From NCBI GenBank assembly GCA_020724425.1, contig DYGY01000003.1, positions 65,233-129,232 on the forward strand: a DNA stretch of 64,000 bases, in the 5' to 3' direction. Below the pieces are notes generated by a model. That model worked only from the letters and a program-made list of their open reading frames with translations, made no database searches and was not told the origin of the DNA. This stretch comes from Thermaerobacter marianensis (GTDB lineage Bacteria; Bacillota; Sulfobacillia; DVGY01). Shown here one piece after another: positions 17,979 through 28,345 of this stretch. Numbering within the stretch: position 1 is the stretch's first letter; the number at the start of each line of letters is the position of its first letter. A program made the translations under genes and the position numbers.

Positions 17979-18332
17979 ATGGACAAATGGGACATCAGAC
18001 GTATCTATCTCTACCTAGTAGCATTAATTACCCTCATAATGATTATTACAGGAACAGTCGGGGTATTGCAAGCCACCATAAATATTGCTTTGCCACAACC
18101 AACATCTCCAGACACCTATAAATGGAGAACTGAAGACTTAAAACGAACCGGAGAATATACAGACGAGCAAATTCAACAACTGATTAAAGAACAACAAGCG
18201 TTTGACCAACAATATTCAACCTACTGGGAATGGAAGAGGCTAATAGAAAAGCTGGTACTAGTCCTGGTAGCTATGCCAGTATATTGGTACCACTGGAGAC
18301 TCATAAATAAATCTGAAGCCAAACTAAGCTAG
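17979..18332 (+). CDS. Hypothetical 2-TM membrane protein
   Basis: ORF with two hydrophobic helices; GAAAGGAGG SD. Confidence 0.35.
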   Translation: MDKWDIRRIYLYLVALITLIMIITGTVGVLQATINIALPQPTSPDTYKWRTEDLKRTGEYTDEQIQQLIKEQQAFDQQYSTYWEWKRLIEKLVLVLVAMPVYWYHWRLINKSEAKLS

Positions 18333-19430
18333 GGGCCACCGGCCCCTCTTCACTTTCCAAAACTTCACTATCGCCAGCATGACAAAAAGAGGAATGAAAA
18401 TCATCGCTACTGAGCCCCCCTGATACATAAGATACTCATGATAAGTTACAGGAATCGCTAGCCCCATACTAAAGACTAGAAGCGAGATACCCACTAACCA
18501 ATATCCAATCTTTTGCGTCTTAAAGATACGATCAAGGATATATGCTGCAGAAAAGCCCATAGCAGCCATAGAAAGAAACGTATTTAACTGAAAGATAATT
18601 AGTGCTACCGCATCCCAACGTTCTATCGGAAAAAATGGCAGTACTAAGGTTCCTAACAACGGTTGAACAGGATCTATAAAAGCTCTGGCAGCCTTAGGTC
18701 CATATACAAGTATGGGCAAGTTGGTTAGGATAAGTAGCTGAGTCCAGCCGACAAGACCACCCAAAGCCAAATACTTGAAAGCACCCTTTATGGTCTGTGC
18801 CCAATACAAGAAAACAGCAACTGCCCAGACAAACCTGAAAGTCTGCATACTAACCAAAAATGCCTGGGAACCAAAATAGATCTCCTCCCATTGTCCTAAA
18901 GGCAAAAGATACCCTATATCCTTGATTCTCCAAGCCAGGATAATTATAAGGATCATATTTAGCGAAACAATTGCTAAGAAGAAAGGAGCAGCTCTAGCTA
19001 TTCGAATTGGTCCATTCCAAGCTAGATAACCAAATAAGACTAATTCAAGCAAAAATATTGCCCACAAAGGAGTTAGATGAAAAAAAGCGTTATATACCAC
19101 AACACCGTTCAATACCAGATCACATGCAACACAAAGAATCATAAAAGTTGCTAGAAACAACAGAAAAGCAATTCCTAACCTCCTGCCCAACAAAGCTTCA
19201 ACCACATCGATAAATTCTAAAGGCTTCTCACCCCTATCTGGAGTGACTAAATAAACAATTAAAGCTATAAGAAATAAGCCTAATAGCAAAGCAATCAGAG
19301 AAACAAACCAGGCCATCTGCCCGCCGGCAGCGATAGAACTGATAGGTGTCACCAACCAGGACCCACAGATTACCCCTACTGCCATTAATGTAAAGAGCTG
19401 TACTGGTGTAATCTCCGGTCTAGAAAACAT
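18324..19430 (-). CDS. Spore germination protein, GerAB/GerKB family (APC-like permease)
   Basis: ~10-TM protein; operon position after the C and A subunits. Confidence 0.75.
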   Translation of the reverse strand: MFSRPEITPVQLFTLMAVGVICGSWLVTPISSIAAGGQMAWFVSLIALLLGLFLIALIVYLVTPDRGEKPLEFIDVVEALLGRRLGIAFLLFLATFMILCVACDLVLNGVVVYNAFFHLTPLWAIFLLELVLFGYLAWNGPIRIARAAPFFLAIVSLNMILIIILAWRIKDIGYLLPLGQWEEIYFGSQAFLVSMQTFRFVWAVAVFLYWAQTIKGAFKYLALGGLVGWTQLLILTNLPILVYGPKAARAFIDPVQPLLGTLVLPFFPIERWDAVALIIFQLNTFLSMAAMGFSAAYILDRIFKTQKIGYWLVGISLLVFSMGLAIPVTYHEYLMYQGGSVAMIFIPLFVMLAIVKFWKVKRGRWPLA

Positions 19431-19441
19431 TATTCACTCTC

Positions 19442-20551
19442 CTATCTAACTCTATTCTCAGAAACGATAGTGACCTTCACTTCTGTTTTATGCTCTAATT
19501 CCCTATATTTCTTATGCCAGTCAACTAAATATGGACTATGGGGATCCTTCCGACGGAGTCTCTCCCCAAACCCAAGTGGATCAGACTCAAAACTCTGAAG
19601 TTTTGCAATCATTTTTATAACACTCTCAGCTATTGCATTCTCTAACATCTTTTCCATTTCTATAAAGGTATAATCCAAACCTACACCTTTAGGTGCAGTC
19701 TCTCGGAGAATAAAATCAATGCTCAAAGTAGTAGTCAAGATTGGAACACCATCTTGATTAATGATAACCCCGTGTTCACCCTCTATTCCAGAAAGACGAC
19801 CTGCAATCCAGCCCTCATCAGCCGGCAAGTTCAGCATAAAAGCAGTATATCTGTATGGCTTAGAATGTAAAAACATATGTAAAAGAGCTGTTTCTTCCGG
19901 ATCCAGCCAACCTACTAACCTGCCATCCGTAGAAATAGCAGCACCATCATAATTCATACCGTAAATTTCATCGGTAACCCTAGGCATAATCCAATCTTGA
20001 TAATCCGTAAAACTAGTACGCCAGTATTCCCAGAGACGAATTTCCAATGCCTCAAGACTCCTATTATATGTTCCCTCAAACGCATGGTATAAGAATAAGA
20101 TAGGGATAGCCTCAGCCGGTGTCTCGGCCTTAATTACCTCTTCCGCTGTACCTTCCGCAATAGCAACATAAGCACGCGTAGCTATTTCTCTAGACTTAAC
20201 TAGCCATTGTAACTGATCAAGACCCTCTTTAGCTAACTCTTCGCCAATTATGATAAGCTTTACATGTCCTAAGCGTATACCCCTGCTCAAATTAGCAGCT
20301 ATAGAGTTCAAAGCTGACTCAATACTATCCCCTTCTCCGCTGACATTTCGATAAACAACCCCACCACCTTCAGGGCCACCCTGACCACCAACATGACTGA
20401 TGATAAACTGAGTAGTTACCCTATAGCGTGTAGTATCCCCCTTGTCAATTCCTAATGCCAATACTATGACATGCTTATCAACATCCTGATAATCCCAACA
20501 GCCACTAAGAGATAGACCTAGTAATATAATTAAAAGAACAAGCTTTTTCAC
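19442..20551 (-). CDS. Spore germination lipoprotein, GerAC/GerKC family
   Basis: Lipobox LSGCWD; Ger(x)C family layout. Confidence 0.8.
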   Translation of the reverse strand: MKKLVLLIILLGLSLSGCWDYQDVDKHVIVLALGIDKGDTTRYRVTTQFIISHVGGQGGPEGGGVVYRNVSGEGDSIESALNSIAANLSRGIRLGHVKLIIIGEELAKEGLDQLQWLVKSREIATRAYVAIAEGTAEEVIKAETPAEAIPILFLYHAFEGTYNRSLEALEIRLWEYWRTSFTDYQDWIMPRVTDEIYGMNYDGAAISTDGRLVGWLDPEETALLHMFLHSKPYRYTAFMLNLPADEGWIAGRLSGIEGEHGVIINQDGVPILTTTLSIDFILRETAPKGVGLDYTFIEMEKMLENAIAESVIKMIAKLQSFESDPLGFGERLRRKDPHSPYLVDWHKKYRELEHKTEVKVTIVSENRVR

Positions 20552-22152
20552 TCCTCTTCCTCCCTGTTGGGAAAAGGTTGCTTATGTGTATACTCCTGCC
20601 AATCAGATTGTCTACCACTAATTTTCTGTTTGGCCTTAAAAATACTAGGCCTCCGAATTTCCTTCCACCACGGCCTTCTAACCTGAATATCATTCGCTAG
20701 CCCCACTGTTGGTGGACTAACAGGAGATAAATACGGTACACCATAAGTTTCCAGGCTATTCAGATATATGAAAAGCAGATAAAGACCAGCAAACATTCCA
20801 TAAATACCAAATATCGCTGATAACCCTATAATCAACCAGCGAAAAGCCCTCCAACCTAGAGCATTGTGATAGGCAGTTAGAACACCGATACCAACAGCTG
20901 AAGCAGCAACGAAGATAATAGTTAATCCAGAGACAAAACGGGCCTGAACAATAGCCTGACCAACTATCAAAGCACCTACAATTGTAATAGCAGTACTCAT
21001 TCGCTCAGGCATTCTAAAAATAGCTTCAAGAAGTATTTCCATCACCAGCTCAAGTAAAATAATCTCTAGAACAGCAGGGAATGGAACCCCAGTCCTTGTA
21101 CCAATTACCGTAGTGACAAAATCAACAGGGATAATATCCGGATTATAGCCACTTACACTAATATACAAAGAAGAGGCAATCAAAACCAAGAACCAACCGA
21201 TGAATCTGATACTACGTAACATAAAAGTAACTGTGGGGGTATGTTCATAGTCTTCAGCCGACTGAAAATTACTCCAAAAAGTAGTGGGGATGATAATGAC
21301 ATGACTAGACCCATCAACTAGCAATGCAACAGTACCCATTGCTAATCCACTCACTACCGCATCAGGCCGCTCCGTAGTCCTAGTCATGGAAAAAATCCTG
21401 TTTCTAGGTCCAACTAACATTTCTTCCAATCTGCCTGGCCCGATGATAATGTCAATATCAATGCTCTTGAGCTGCTTAATCACCCTGATGGGTAATTCCT
21501 GTTGAGCTAAGTCTTTAGTCCATAAAACAGCCACCCTAGTTTTGCTTCTTCTGCCAACCTGGATGAAACGTACCATTAAGTTAGGATCTAAGTATCTCTT
21601 ACGAATAATTGATAGGTTTTGGTCTATACCATCAGTGAAGCCTTCACTGGCACCAAACAGGGTAGCTTCACGCTTAGGTATAGAAACTGCTCTCTGTTCA
21701 GGCCCCTGGACGTCACATACAATAGCCTGACTATGACCCTCTAGAACAATCAGAGCCATACCCGATAAAACAGCCTGGGAAATCTCTTTACCCCTCAAAA
21801 CTACTTCAGTATCCTTAACCGATAGATATCTACGAAGATCCTCAACAATATGATCAGCTACCTCCGTCGAGAATGTTTGCAGAGATCTTAGTACCTCCCT
21901 CTCTAGTTCTTCGCTGCTAACCATACTATCTACGTAAATGATAGCCACATTGCCGGGAAATCCCTTTAAAGACACATACTTTGTCTTTACATCCTCACTT
22001 TTACCCAAGACACCATAAATCAAAGAAAGGTCCTTAGACCAGTCACCGGATAACTTCTTAACCAAAAGATAATGACTGCTAGGAATCTTTGCCTGCAAAT
22101 CCTCTACAATCAGTTTTGTCAGCTGTAAATCTGAAAGCAATTGTTTTAACAT
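20548..22152 (-). CDS. Spore germination protein, GerAA/GerKA family
   Basis: 534 aa; soluble N-terminal domain followed by C-terminal TM helices typical of GerAA; 4-bp overlap with the C-subunit gene. Confidence 0.8.
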   Translation of the reverse strand: MLKQLLSDLQLTKLIVEDLQAKIPSSHYLLVKKLSGDWSKDLSLIYGVLGKSEDVKTKYVSLKGFPGNVAIIYVDSMVSSEELEREVLRSLQTFSTEVADHIVEDLRRYLSVKDTEVVLRGKEISQAVLSGMALIVLEGHSQAIVCDVQGPEQRAVSIPKREATLFGASEGFTDGIDQNLSIIRKRYLDPNLMVRFIQVGRRSKTRVAVLWTKDLAQQELPIRVIKQLKSIDIDIIIGPGRLEEMLVGPRNRIFSMTRTTERPDAVVSGLAMGTVALLVDGSSHVIIIPTTFWSNFQSAEDYEHTPTVTFMLRSIRFIGWFLVLIASSLYISVSGYNPDIIPVDFVTTVIGTRTGVPFPAVLEIILLELVMEILLEAIFRMPERMSTAITIVGALIVGQAIVQARFVSGLTIIFVAASAVGIGVLTAYHNALGWRAFRWLIIGLSAIFGIYGMFAGLYLLFIYLNSLETYGVPYLSPVSPPTVGLANDIQVRRPWWKEIRRPSIFKAKQKISGRQSDWQEYTHKQPFPNREEEE

Positions 22153-22214
22153 TTATCTCACCTGTTTGTTAATATACCCAAAGGGCAAAAAAAAATGGCC
22201 CCAAAGGAGCCTCA

Positions 22215-23801
22215 TTAAATAACCGACCAATCATGGTGATAAAAAATATAAAGCAAGTATCGAGCTCTTGAACCACCGACATAGACATCTTGTTTGGTAC
22301 AGACCTGGCTTTCCTTAATACCAATAAGGAAAACTATATCTGCTTCCAGACCTTTAAAAGATCTGATAGTCGAGAACTTTAGCCCGGTCCCCCTTTCACT
22401 TATATCTTCTAAGGTCCACTCCTTGATTCTATCAACATTTGCTAGAGAACTCTTCTCTTTCCTATGAGGGCTGAGAATAGTTATCCTTTTGGGTGAAATT
22501 CCCTGACTAACTAACCTGCCAATCTCCCTTTCAATAAGTCTCTTCTCTTCAGCTTCATCTTTCCAGGGAAAGTAGGAGACAGGCAGTCCCCCATGAAGAA
22601 TAGGTTGCAAATATTCTCTAGGCACAAATCTAGTAATCCAATCATTAATTGCTTCAGTATTTCGTAAGTTTCTTGTCAGCCTATGCTTAGATATCTCCAT
22701 TTTCCAGGTATTTGCTGAATCAGTATTAAACAGATTCTGGTCAGGATCAGCAAAGATATAAAACTCGCCATCATCCTTCAACATACTCTCTAATACTGTA
22801 ACCCAGGCCTCCTTGAAATCCTGCCCTTCATCAACAACAATTGCATCAAACTTCTCCTCACTAGAACCATTAGAAAAATAGTCGAATGCTTGATTTGGCA
22901 ATTCCTCATCATAATATTGCTGAAGATTATCTAAAGGTGTATGTAAGCCCAAGAATTCCTCAAGATAGTCATGGAAGTTCCCAACTATGACACCCCTTAA
23001 TCTCTCTGAGAGAACATACCTTGCTAGATTACGATTATAGCAGGTCAAAAAAACCTTCTTGCCTTCATTACTCAGTCTTTGAGCTTTTTCCATTGCCAGA
23101 AAGGTCTTACCTGTACCTGCAGCACCTAGAAAGATTTTCCTCTTATCTAGTTCAGTCTCTCTTAAAATCCTTTCCTGTTCTTCGGCTAGCACCTTAGTAG
23201 CTTTACTTTTAAACATCTCAATCTGGTGATCCAACCTAGTAGAAACCTTAAAAGAAGGTGCGAGTATCTTATCAACAAGAATTCGTTCTTCCCTATCATG
23301 TCGCCTATCCTTACCATCAAAAAGACCTAGCAACTTCAGTTCAAGATTGTCTAGATCAGCAAACAGAAATATACTATTCTCAGTTAGATCCGCTGGTAAA
23401 TCTCCTGAAATACTAGTAGATTCAGGAAAAGCTACAGCATACCTGACCTTTAACGGGAAATATCCAAAACCTTTTTCCCCATACTTGCGCAGAATATTAT
23501 GCATAGCTCTTTTAGCCTGCTCCACAGGATTCTTATGTAACGGACGATATGTTCCTTGATAGTCCTCTAACCATTGACCCTGGTGATAGCTGACATAACC
23601 ATTCTTAACCTCCACCGTAGCAAAACCAAGAGCCGGATGAGTTATGACAAAGTCTATCTCCCAGACACTCTCATCCTGCTTATATGCATATGAGTACATC
23701 ACCGTATACTCATCGGGCAGCTTCTTGGCTGCTTCATAGAAAGCTCTTTCTCCATAGTTCTTAATGGTATCAGGATTAATATCAGGAATCAATCTTGCCA
23801 T
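22215..23801 (-). CDS. NERD-domain nuclease-like protein fused to an SF1 (UvrD-like) helicase ATPase
   Basis: N-terminal NERD (WEIDFVITHPALGFATVEVKNG); Walker A GAAGTGKTF; Walker B VVDEGQDF; C-terminal FKGLEADIVFL UvrD_C-like motif. Confidence 0.7.
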   Translation of the reverse strand: MARLIPDINPDTIKNYGERAFYEAAKKLPDEYTVMYSYAYKQDESVWEIDFVITHPALGFATVEVKNGYVSYHQGQWLEDYQGTYRPLHKNPVEQAKRAMHNILRKYGEKGFGYFPLKVRYAVAFPESTSISGDLPADLTENSIFLFADLDNLELKLLGLFDGKDRRHDREERILVDKILAPSFKVSTRLDHQIEMFKSKATKVLAEEQERILRETELDKRKIFLGAAGTGKTFLAMEKAQRLSNEGKKVFLTCYNRNLARYVLSERLRGVIVGNFHDYLEEFLGLHTPLDNLQQYYDEELPNQAFDYFSNGSSEEKFDAIVVDEGQDFKEAWVTVLESMLKDDGEFYIFADPDQNLFNTDSANTWKMEISKHRLTRNLRNTEAINDWITRFVPREYLQPILHGGLPVSYFPWKDEAEEKRLIEREIGRLVSQGISPKRITILSPHRKEKSSLANVDRIKEWTLEDISERGTGLKFSTIRSFKGLEADIVFLIGIKESQVCTKQDVYVGGSRARYLLYIFYHHDWSVI

Positions 23802-23892
23802 AATTCGCCACTCCTAATAGGCTAGTTACAACATAATTGGCTCTTGCTCCATATATCTCCTGCCAAAAAAGAAAAGCTATGGAAAACCATAG

Positions 23893-25026
23893 CTAAATCT
23901 CAACAAGCTCTTTAATACTCTTTGTCAAAGGTCTGAAGCCATCTGCAGTAACATGAACCGTATCCTCTAATCTTGCTGCACCCCTGCCACTAACAGACAG
24001 GATTGGATGTCCTAATGCAAGAACCATGTTCTCTCTTACTTCAATAACACTATCTCGAGGAAAGATTGTAGGCATAGGTGTCTCTTCAAAAGCCAAACCG
24101 AGACTGTGACTGAAACCCCCTAGATAATACTTTCCTAAATCATGAGCAGCATAATGTTTCTTTACTATTTGATCTAACTGATTTATTTTAATTCCCGGTC
24201 TTAAGGCTTCAAGGACAAGTCTCTGTGCCTCCTGCTGAATTTCATATAGCTGTTTTTGTTCTTGAGTAGCCTTTCCGACAACAACAGTTCTAGCCAGATT
24301 AGAACCATAACCTTCAACCTTAGGTCCAAGATTTATTACGATTACATCATCTGCTTCAATAGTTTTCGCTGTAGCATTGCCATGCAGAGAGTATGCTCTA
24401 ATACCCGAATTAATGAAGGTGGGAAAGCTTGTGCTCTCAGCACCCTCTTTTCGCATAAAGTACTCAACTTCTGCAGCCAGCTCATTTTCAGTTAACCCCC
24501 GGTCAAGGTTGTCCCTCAAAACCTCTAATGCTTTCTTAAGAGCAGCATCAGCAATATTAGAAGCCTTCTCTATTCTAGCAATCTCTTCAGGTGACTTAAT
24601 CATTCTCAAAGCAAAAAAGAGATCATTACCGTTAACCATCTCAACCTGTGGATTTGTCCTCTTAAACCTATCAAGCAAAAAGTATGGTACCGAAAAGAGA
24701 TATTCAACAGCAACCTTCTCAAATTTCTCATCAGCAAAATAATCATGAACTGCCTTCATCATCTCTCCCACATGATTATATGTTCTGATATCCTTGACCC
24801 AGGTTACCAAAGAGACCTCTTTTCTTTCCTGAGTAAAAATAATTAATATGGGTTCACCTTCAGCAGGAATAATTGCTCTTGGTTGATGTCTTAGATCACC
24901 AATAAAATACCTGTAATTCTCATGAGTGAGAATTAGGAAAGCCTGTAAGCCTTTGCTCCTAAGCATTTCCTGTAGTTTGGCCACACGTTCCCTATAAATT
25001 TCAACCTTGATTGGAGAAAGATCCAT
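23893..25026 (-). CDS. Xaa-Pro aminopeptidase/dipeptidase (peptidase M24B)
   Basis: Creatinase-like N-domain plus pita-bread domain; HSLGLAFEE metal-ligand motif. Confidence 0.75.
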   Translation of the reverse strand: MDLSPIKVEIYRERVAKLQEMLRSKGLQAFLILTHENYRYFIGDLRHQPRAIIPAEGEPILIIFTQERKEVSLVTWVKDIRTYNHVGEMMKAVHDYFADEKFEKVAVEYLFSVPYFLLDRFKRTNPQVEMVNGNDLFFALRMIKSPEEIARIEKASNIADAALKKALEVLRDNLDRGLTENELAAEVEYFMRKEGAESTSFPTFINSGIRAYSLHGNATAKTIEADDVIVINLGPKVEGYGSNLARTVVVGKATQEQKQLYEIQQEAQRLVLEALRPGIKINQLDQIVKKHYAAHDLGKYYLGGFSHSLGLAFEETPMPTIFPRDSVIEVRENMVLALGHPILSVSGRGAARLEDTVHVTADGFRPLTKSIKELVEI

Positions 25027-25047
25027 ATACTAACCTCCATCTTAGAC

Positions 25048-25063
25048 TGTGATAGAAATCACA
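25048..25063. promoter_or_regulatory. CRP/FNR-family palindrome TGTGA-N6-TCACA between the M24 peptidase and qnorB
   Basis: Perfect TGTGAtagaaaTCACA, ~130 nt upstream of the qNorB start codon. Confidence 0.5.
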
Positions 25064-25192
25064 TCATCTGTATGACTTATACCCATGGTACAAGTAATAT
25101 CTCTCATAGTTTGTTTATCCCTTACAGCTTAACATAAGACTAAAGCCTTTGCACTCCGGCTTAGAACAATTTTCAAGGAGGGAGCTAGTTTT

Positions 25193-27520
25193 ATGAAAAA
25201 AGAGAATTCGACAAGTTCAGCTTTACTTAAACACATTCTTCTTCTTGTCTTGTTGATCTCATTTAGCGTTCTTATTCTCGGCGGTTTCTGGGTTTATGAA
25301 AGCGCCGCCCCTGTCCCTGGCCTTATTGTCGATGAAAATGGTAACGAAATCACAAACCATGACAACATCATGGGTGGTCAGGCAGTATATCAAAAATATA
25401 ACCTTATGAACTATGGTTCTGTCCTAGGTCATGGTGCCTATCTAGGTGAAGACTGGACAGCTGATGTCCTCCAATTTACTGTTCGCTACATGCGAGAATA
25501 CTATGCTCAAGAACAATACCGGACATCCTATGAAAACCTCAGCGAGAGTGAACAGGCTGGTATTGCCAATCAAGTAATTAACGAAATTAAGACCAATCGT
25601 TATGATGAGAAAACAGATACCCTAGTTCTAACTGACGGTCAGGTCTATGCCTTAAACGAATTGCGTGAATACTACCGTGTTCGTTTCACTGATGGTGATG
25701 CAGAAAGAGGATTACAGGCTAATCTAATTTCTGATGATCATATGCCAAAGACAGACCGTGCCTGGGTAAACGAAGGTGACCAGTTTAATCAAATTACCGA
25801 TTTCTTCTTCTGGACAGCCTGGCTTTCTGGTACGGAACGTCCTGAACTGGGTCATACCTACACAAATAACTGGCCTTATGACCCTGATGCTGGAAATACT
25901 GTTGGTTGGAGTGCTTTATGGTGGAGTGCATTTAGTGTTGCTTTGTTTGTCTTGATGCTAGGTCTTATCCTCTGGATCTACTTCAAATATCGTTTCTTCA
26001 TGGAAGATGCTTATGAAACCTTCCCGACTTTTGATCTTAACAAGATAGCTGTGACACCTTCTCAGAGAAAGGTAGGGAAGTATTTTGCTGTAGTAACATT
26101 ACTGTTCTTAGCTCAAGGTCTCTTAGGTGGCCTCTTAGCCCACTATTATGTTGCAGGAACAGACTTCTATGGTTTTGATATCAGCTCGCTTCTCCCCTTT
26201 AACGTCGCAAGAGGCTGGCACCTGCAGCTAGCGATCTTCTGGATAGCTACAGCTTGGCTAGCTACAGGAATCTATATTGCACCAAATGTTGGTGGTAGAG
26301 AACCTAAAGGACAAGGCCTACTCGTGGATATCCTGTTCTACGCTCTAGTCGTCCTAGTAGGTGGTAGCTTAATCGGTCAATGGCTTGCTGTTCAGGGATA
26401 CCTTGGCAACAAATGGTGGCTCCTTGGCACTCAAGGCTGGGAATACCTTGAATTAGGTCGTATCTGGCAGATAATCCTTGTAGTTGGATTGTTGATCTGG
26501 CTCTTTATAGTCTATCGTGGCATCAGAGACGGATTAAGGAAAGAGTCAGACAAAGGTGGTCTAGTCCATCTCTTATTCTATAGTGCTATTGCCATCCCAG
26601 CATTCTATGGAGCAGCATTCTTTATGACTCCTGGAACAAACCTAACCTATGCTGACTACTGGCGTTGGTGGGTAATCCACCTCTGGGTAGAAGGTATGTT
26701 TGAAGTCTTTGCTCTAGTAGTTATAGGTTACCTGCTTGTTAGCATGGGACTTGTAACAATGAGATCAACAGTACGAGCAATATACTTCCAGCTAATTATC
26801 CTTTTAGGTAGCGGTGTCTTAGGTACAGGCCACCACTACTACTGGATTGGAGCACCTGAAGCCTGGATCGGAATCGGAGCAGTCTTCTCAGCACTTGAAG
26901 TTATACCATTAACACTATTGATTCTTGAAGCATATGAACAATACAGAATGGTACAACAGGGTGGGCATAACTTCCCATACAAAGCTTCCTTCTGGTTCCT
27001 AATTGCTGTTGGTTTCTGGAACTTCTTTGGAGCAGGTGTACTAGGCTTCCTGATTAACCTGCCTGTTGTAAACTACTTCATGCATGGTTCATACTTAACA
27101 GCAGCACACGCTCATGGAGCTATGGCCGGTGTCTATGGATTCTTTGCTATCGCCCTTCTGCTATACTCCATGCGCAATATAGTTAAGCCCGAGCACTGGA
27201 ATGATAAGCTCCTTAACATCTCCTTCTGGGGCTTAAACATAGGTCTAATGGGTATGATTGTGGTAACACTGTTCCCGGTTGGTGTATTCCAACTAGCCTA
27301 TGCTTTTGAACATGGATACTGGGCTGCCCGTAGTCTTGAATTCTACAGTCAGCCATTAATAAGTACCTTGCTTGGTCTGAGAATCATCCCTGATCTCATC
27401 TTTGGATTGGTAGGTGTGGTGCCACTGGTATACTTCACCATTCGGGCAGCCTTCAATCTAAGAGATGTCACAACAGAAGATATCGTTTCAACCGAAGAAA
27501 AACCAAGCATTCAAGCATAA
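25193..27520 (+). CDS. norB: Quinol-dependent nitric-oxide reductase (qNOR; heme-copper oxidase family, single-subunit NorB/NorZ)
   Basis: 775 aa; qNOR N-terminal periplasmic extension with GGQAVYQKYNLMNYGSVLGHGAYLG; catalytic HLWVEGMFE and GTGHHYYW His ligands. Confidence 0.85.
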   Translation: MKKENSTSSALLKHILLLVLLISFSVLILGGFWVYESAAPVPGLIVDENGNEITNHDNIMGGQAVYQKYNLMNYGSVLGHGAYLGEDWTADVLQFTVRYMREYYAQEQYRTSYENLSESEQAGIANQVINEIKTNRYDEKTDTLVLTDGQVYALNELREYYRVRFTDGDAERGLQANLISDDHMPKTDRAWVNEGDQFNQITDFFFWTAWLSGTERPELGHTYTNNWPYDPDAGNTVGWSALWWSAFSVALFVLMLGLILWIYFKYRFFMEDAYETFPTFDLNKIAVTPSQRKVGKYFAVVTLLFLAQGLLGGLLAHYYVAGTDFYGFDISSLLPFNVARGWHLQLAIFWIATAWLATGIYIAPNVGGREPKGQGLLVDILFYALVVLVGGSLIGQWLAVQGYLGNKWWLLGTQGWEYLELGRIWQIILVVGLLIWLFIVYRGIRDGLRKESDKGGLVHLLFYSAIAIPAFYGAAFFMTPGTNLTYADYWRWWVIHLWVEGMFEVFALVVIGYLLVSMGLVTMRSTVRAIYFQLIILLGSGVLGTGHHYYWIGAPEAWIGIGAVFSALEVIPLTLLILEAYEQYRMVQQGGHNFPYKASFWFLIAVGFWNFFGAGVLGFLINLPVVNYFMHGSYLTAAHAHGAMAGVYGFFAIALLLYSMRNIVKPEHWNDKLLNISFWGLNIGLMGMIVVTLFPVGVFQLAYAFEHGYWAARSLEFYSQPLISTLLGLRIIPDLIFGLVGVVPLVYFTIRAAFNLRDVTTEDIVSTEEKPSIQA

Positions 27521-27525
27521 ATCAA

Positions 27526-27544
27526 GCGGCCCTTCATGGGCCGC
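27526..27544 (+). terminator. Hairpin after norB (weak terminator)
   Basis: GCGGCCC-ttcat-GGGCCGC; poor U-tract. Confidence 0.4.
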
Positions 27545-27634
27545 TCCACATTTCTCCCTCAAACCCTTGACCATTCCAAGCTAACAGTCTATGCTAACTA
27601 TATAATCTTATCCATATCAGGGAGGCCTCAGTCC

Positions 27635-28321
27635 ATGGATTCCCGTAATCATACAAACATCGTAGAGAACATTCCAATATTTACAAGCCTAACACCCGAT
27701 CAACTAGATGATATTAGCAAGAAATTGCTTTTGCGTCGCTACAAAAAGGACATGTTCATCTACCTAGAAGGTGAACCTGCAGAAGCCATATACTTTGTCG
27801 TTGAAGGACTCGTTAAAGTATATAAGACTGTAGCAGATGGTAAAGAGCAAACCATTGATATCATGCGTCCAGGAGATGTTATGGGTGTTGTCAGCTTCTT
27901 TGATAAACAAGGCTACCCTGCTACCACTCAAGCCTTAGAAGAATCACTCTTAGCAGTGCTTCGCTTTGAAGACCTGACCTCTATACTCAACGAGTATCCC
28001 AATGTATCAATACACCTTTTAGAAACCCTTTCAGAAAGACTAAGAAGAGCACAAAACAAGGTGACTCAGATGGCTCTTGACAGTTCACAATGCCGAGTAG
28101 CCAAAACCCTACTAGAACTAAGCAAAAGACATGGAATAAGGACGCCACTGGGCTATCGAATGGATCTCTCAATTACACATCAGGAACTAGCTAACCTTGC
28201 CGGTCTAACTAGAGAGACTGTCAGCAGAGTACTACGTTCCTTTAGAGAAGATGGCCTTATATTAATTGATAAGCGAGGAATAACTATTTTAGCTATAGAG
28301 AGATTTGAAGAGTGCTATTAG
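27635..28321 (+). CDS. Crp/Fnr-family transcriptional regulator (cNMP-binding + HTH), a candidate NO-responsive regulator of the HcpR/DNR/NnrR type
   Basis: cNMP-binding beta-roll plus C-terminal HTH (ITHQELANLAGLTRETVSRVLR). The start is set at ATG 27635 with AGGGAGG SD; the 27536 ORF extension is likely not translated. Confidence 0.8.
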   Translation: MDSRNHTNIVENIPIFTSLTPDQLDDISKKLLLRRYKKDMFIYLEGEPAEAIYFVVEGLVKVYKTVADGKEQTIDIMRPGDVMGVVSFFDKQGYPATTQALEESLLAVLRFEDLTSILNEYPNVSIHLLETLSERLRRAQNKVTQMALDSSQCRVAKTLLELSKRHGIRTPLGYRMDLSITHQELANLAGLTRETVSRVLRSFREDGLILIDKRGITILAIERFEECY

Positions 28322-28323
28322 GA

Positions 28324-28345
28324 AAGGCCGGTACAAAACCGGCCT
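28324..28345. terminator. Bidirectional terminator between the regulator and the hemerythrin gene
   Basis: AGGCCGG-tacaaaa-CCGGCCT. Confidence 0.7.

Noticed and set aside
27536-27634. N-terminal extension of the Crp/Fnr regulator ORF (start at 27536)
   Set aside because: A strong SD (AGGGAGG) precedes the internal ATG at 27635. The extension covers the norB terminator and promoter region. Similar upstream extensions at 44390, 40310, 49613, 37533, 58278 and 56382-57251 were trimmed for the same reason.
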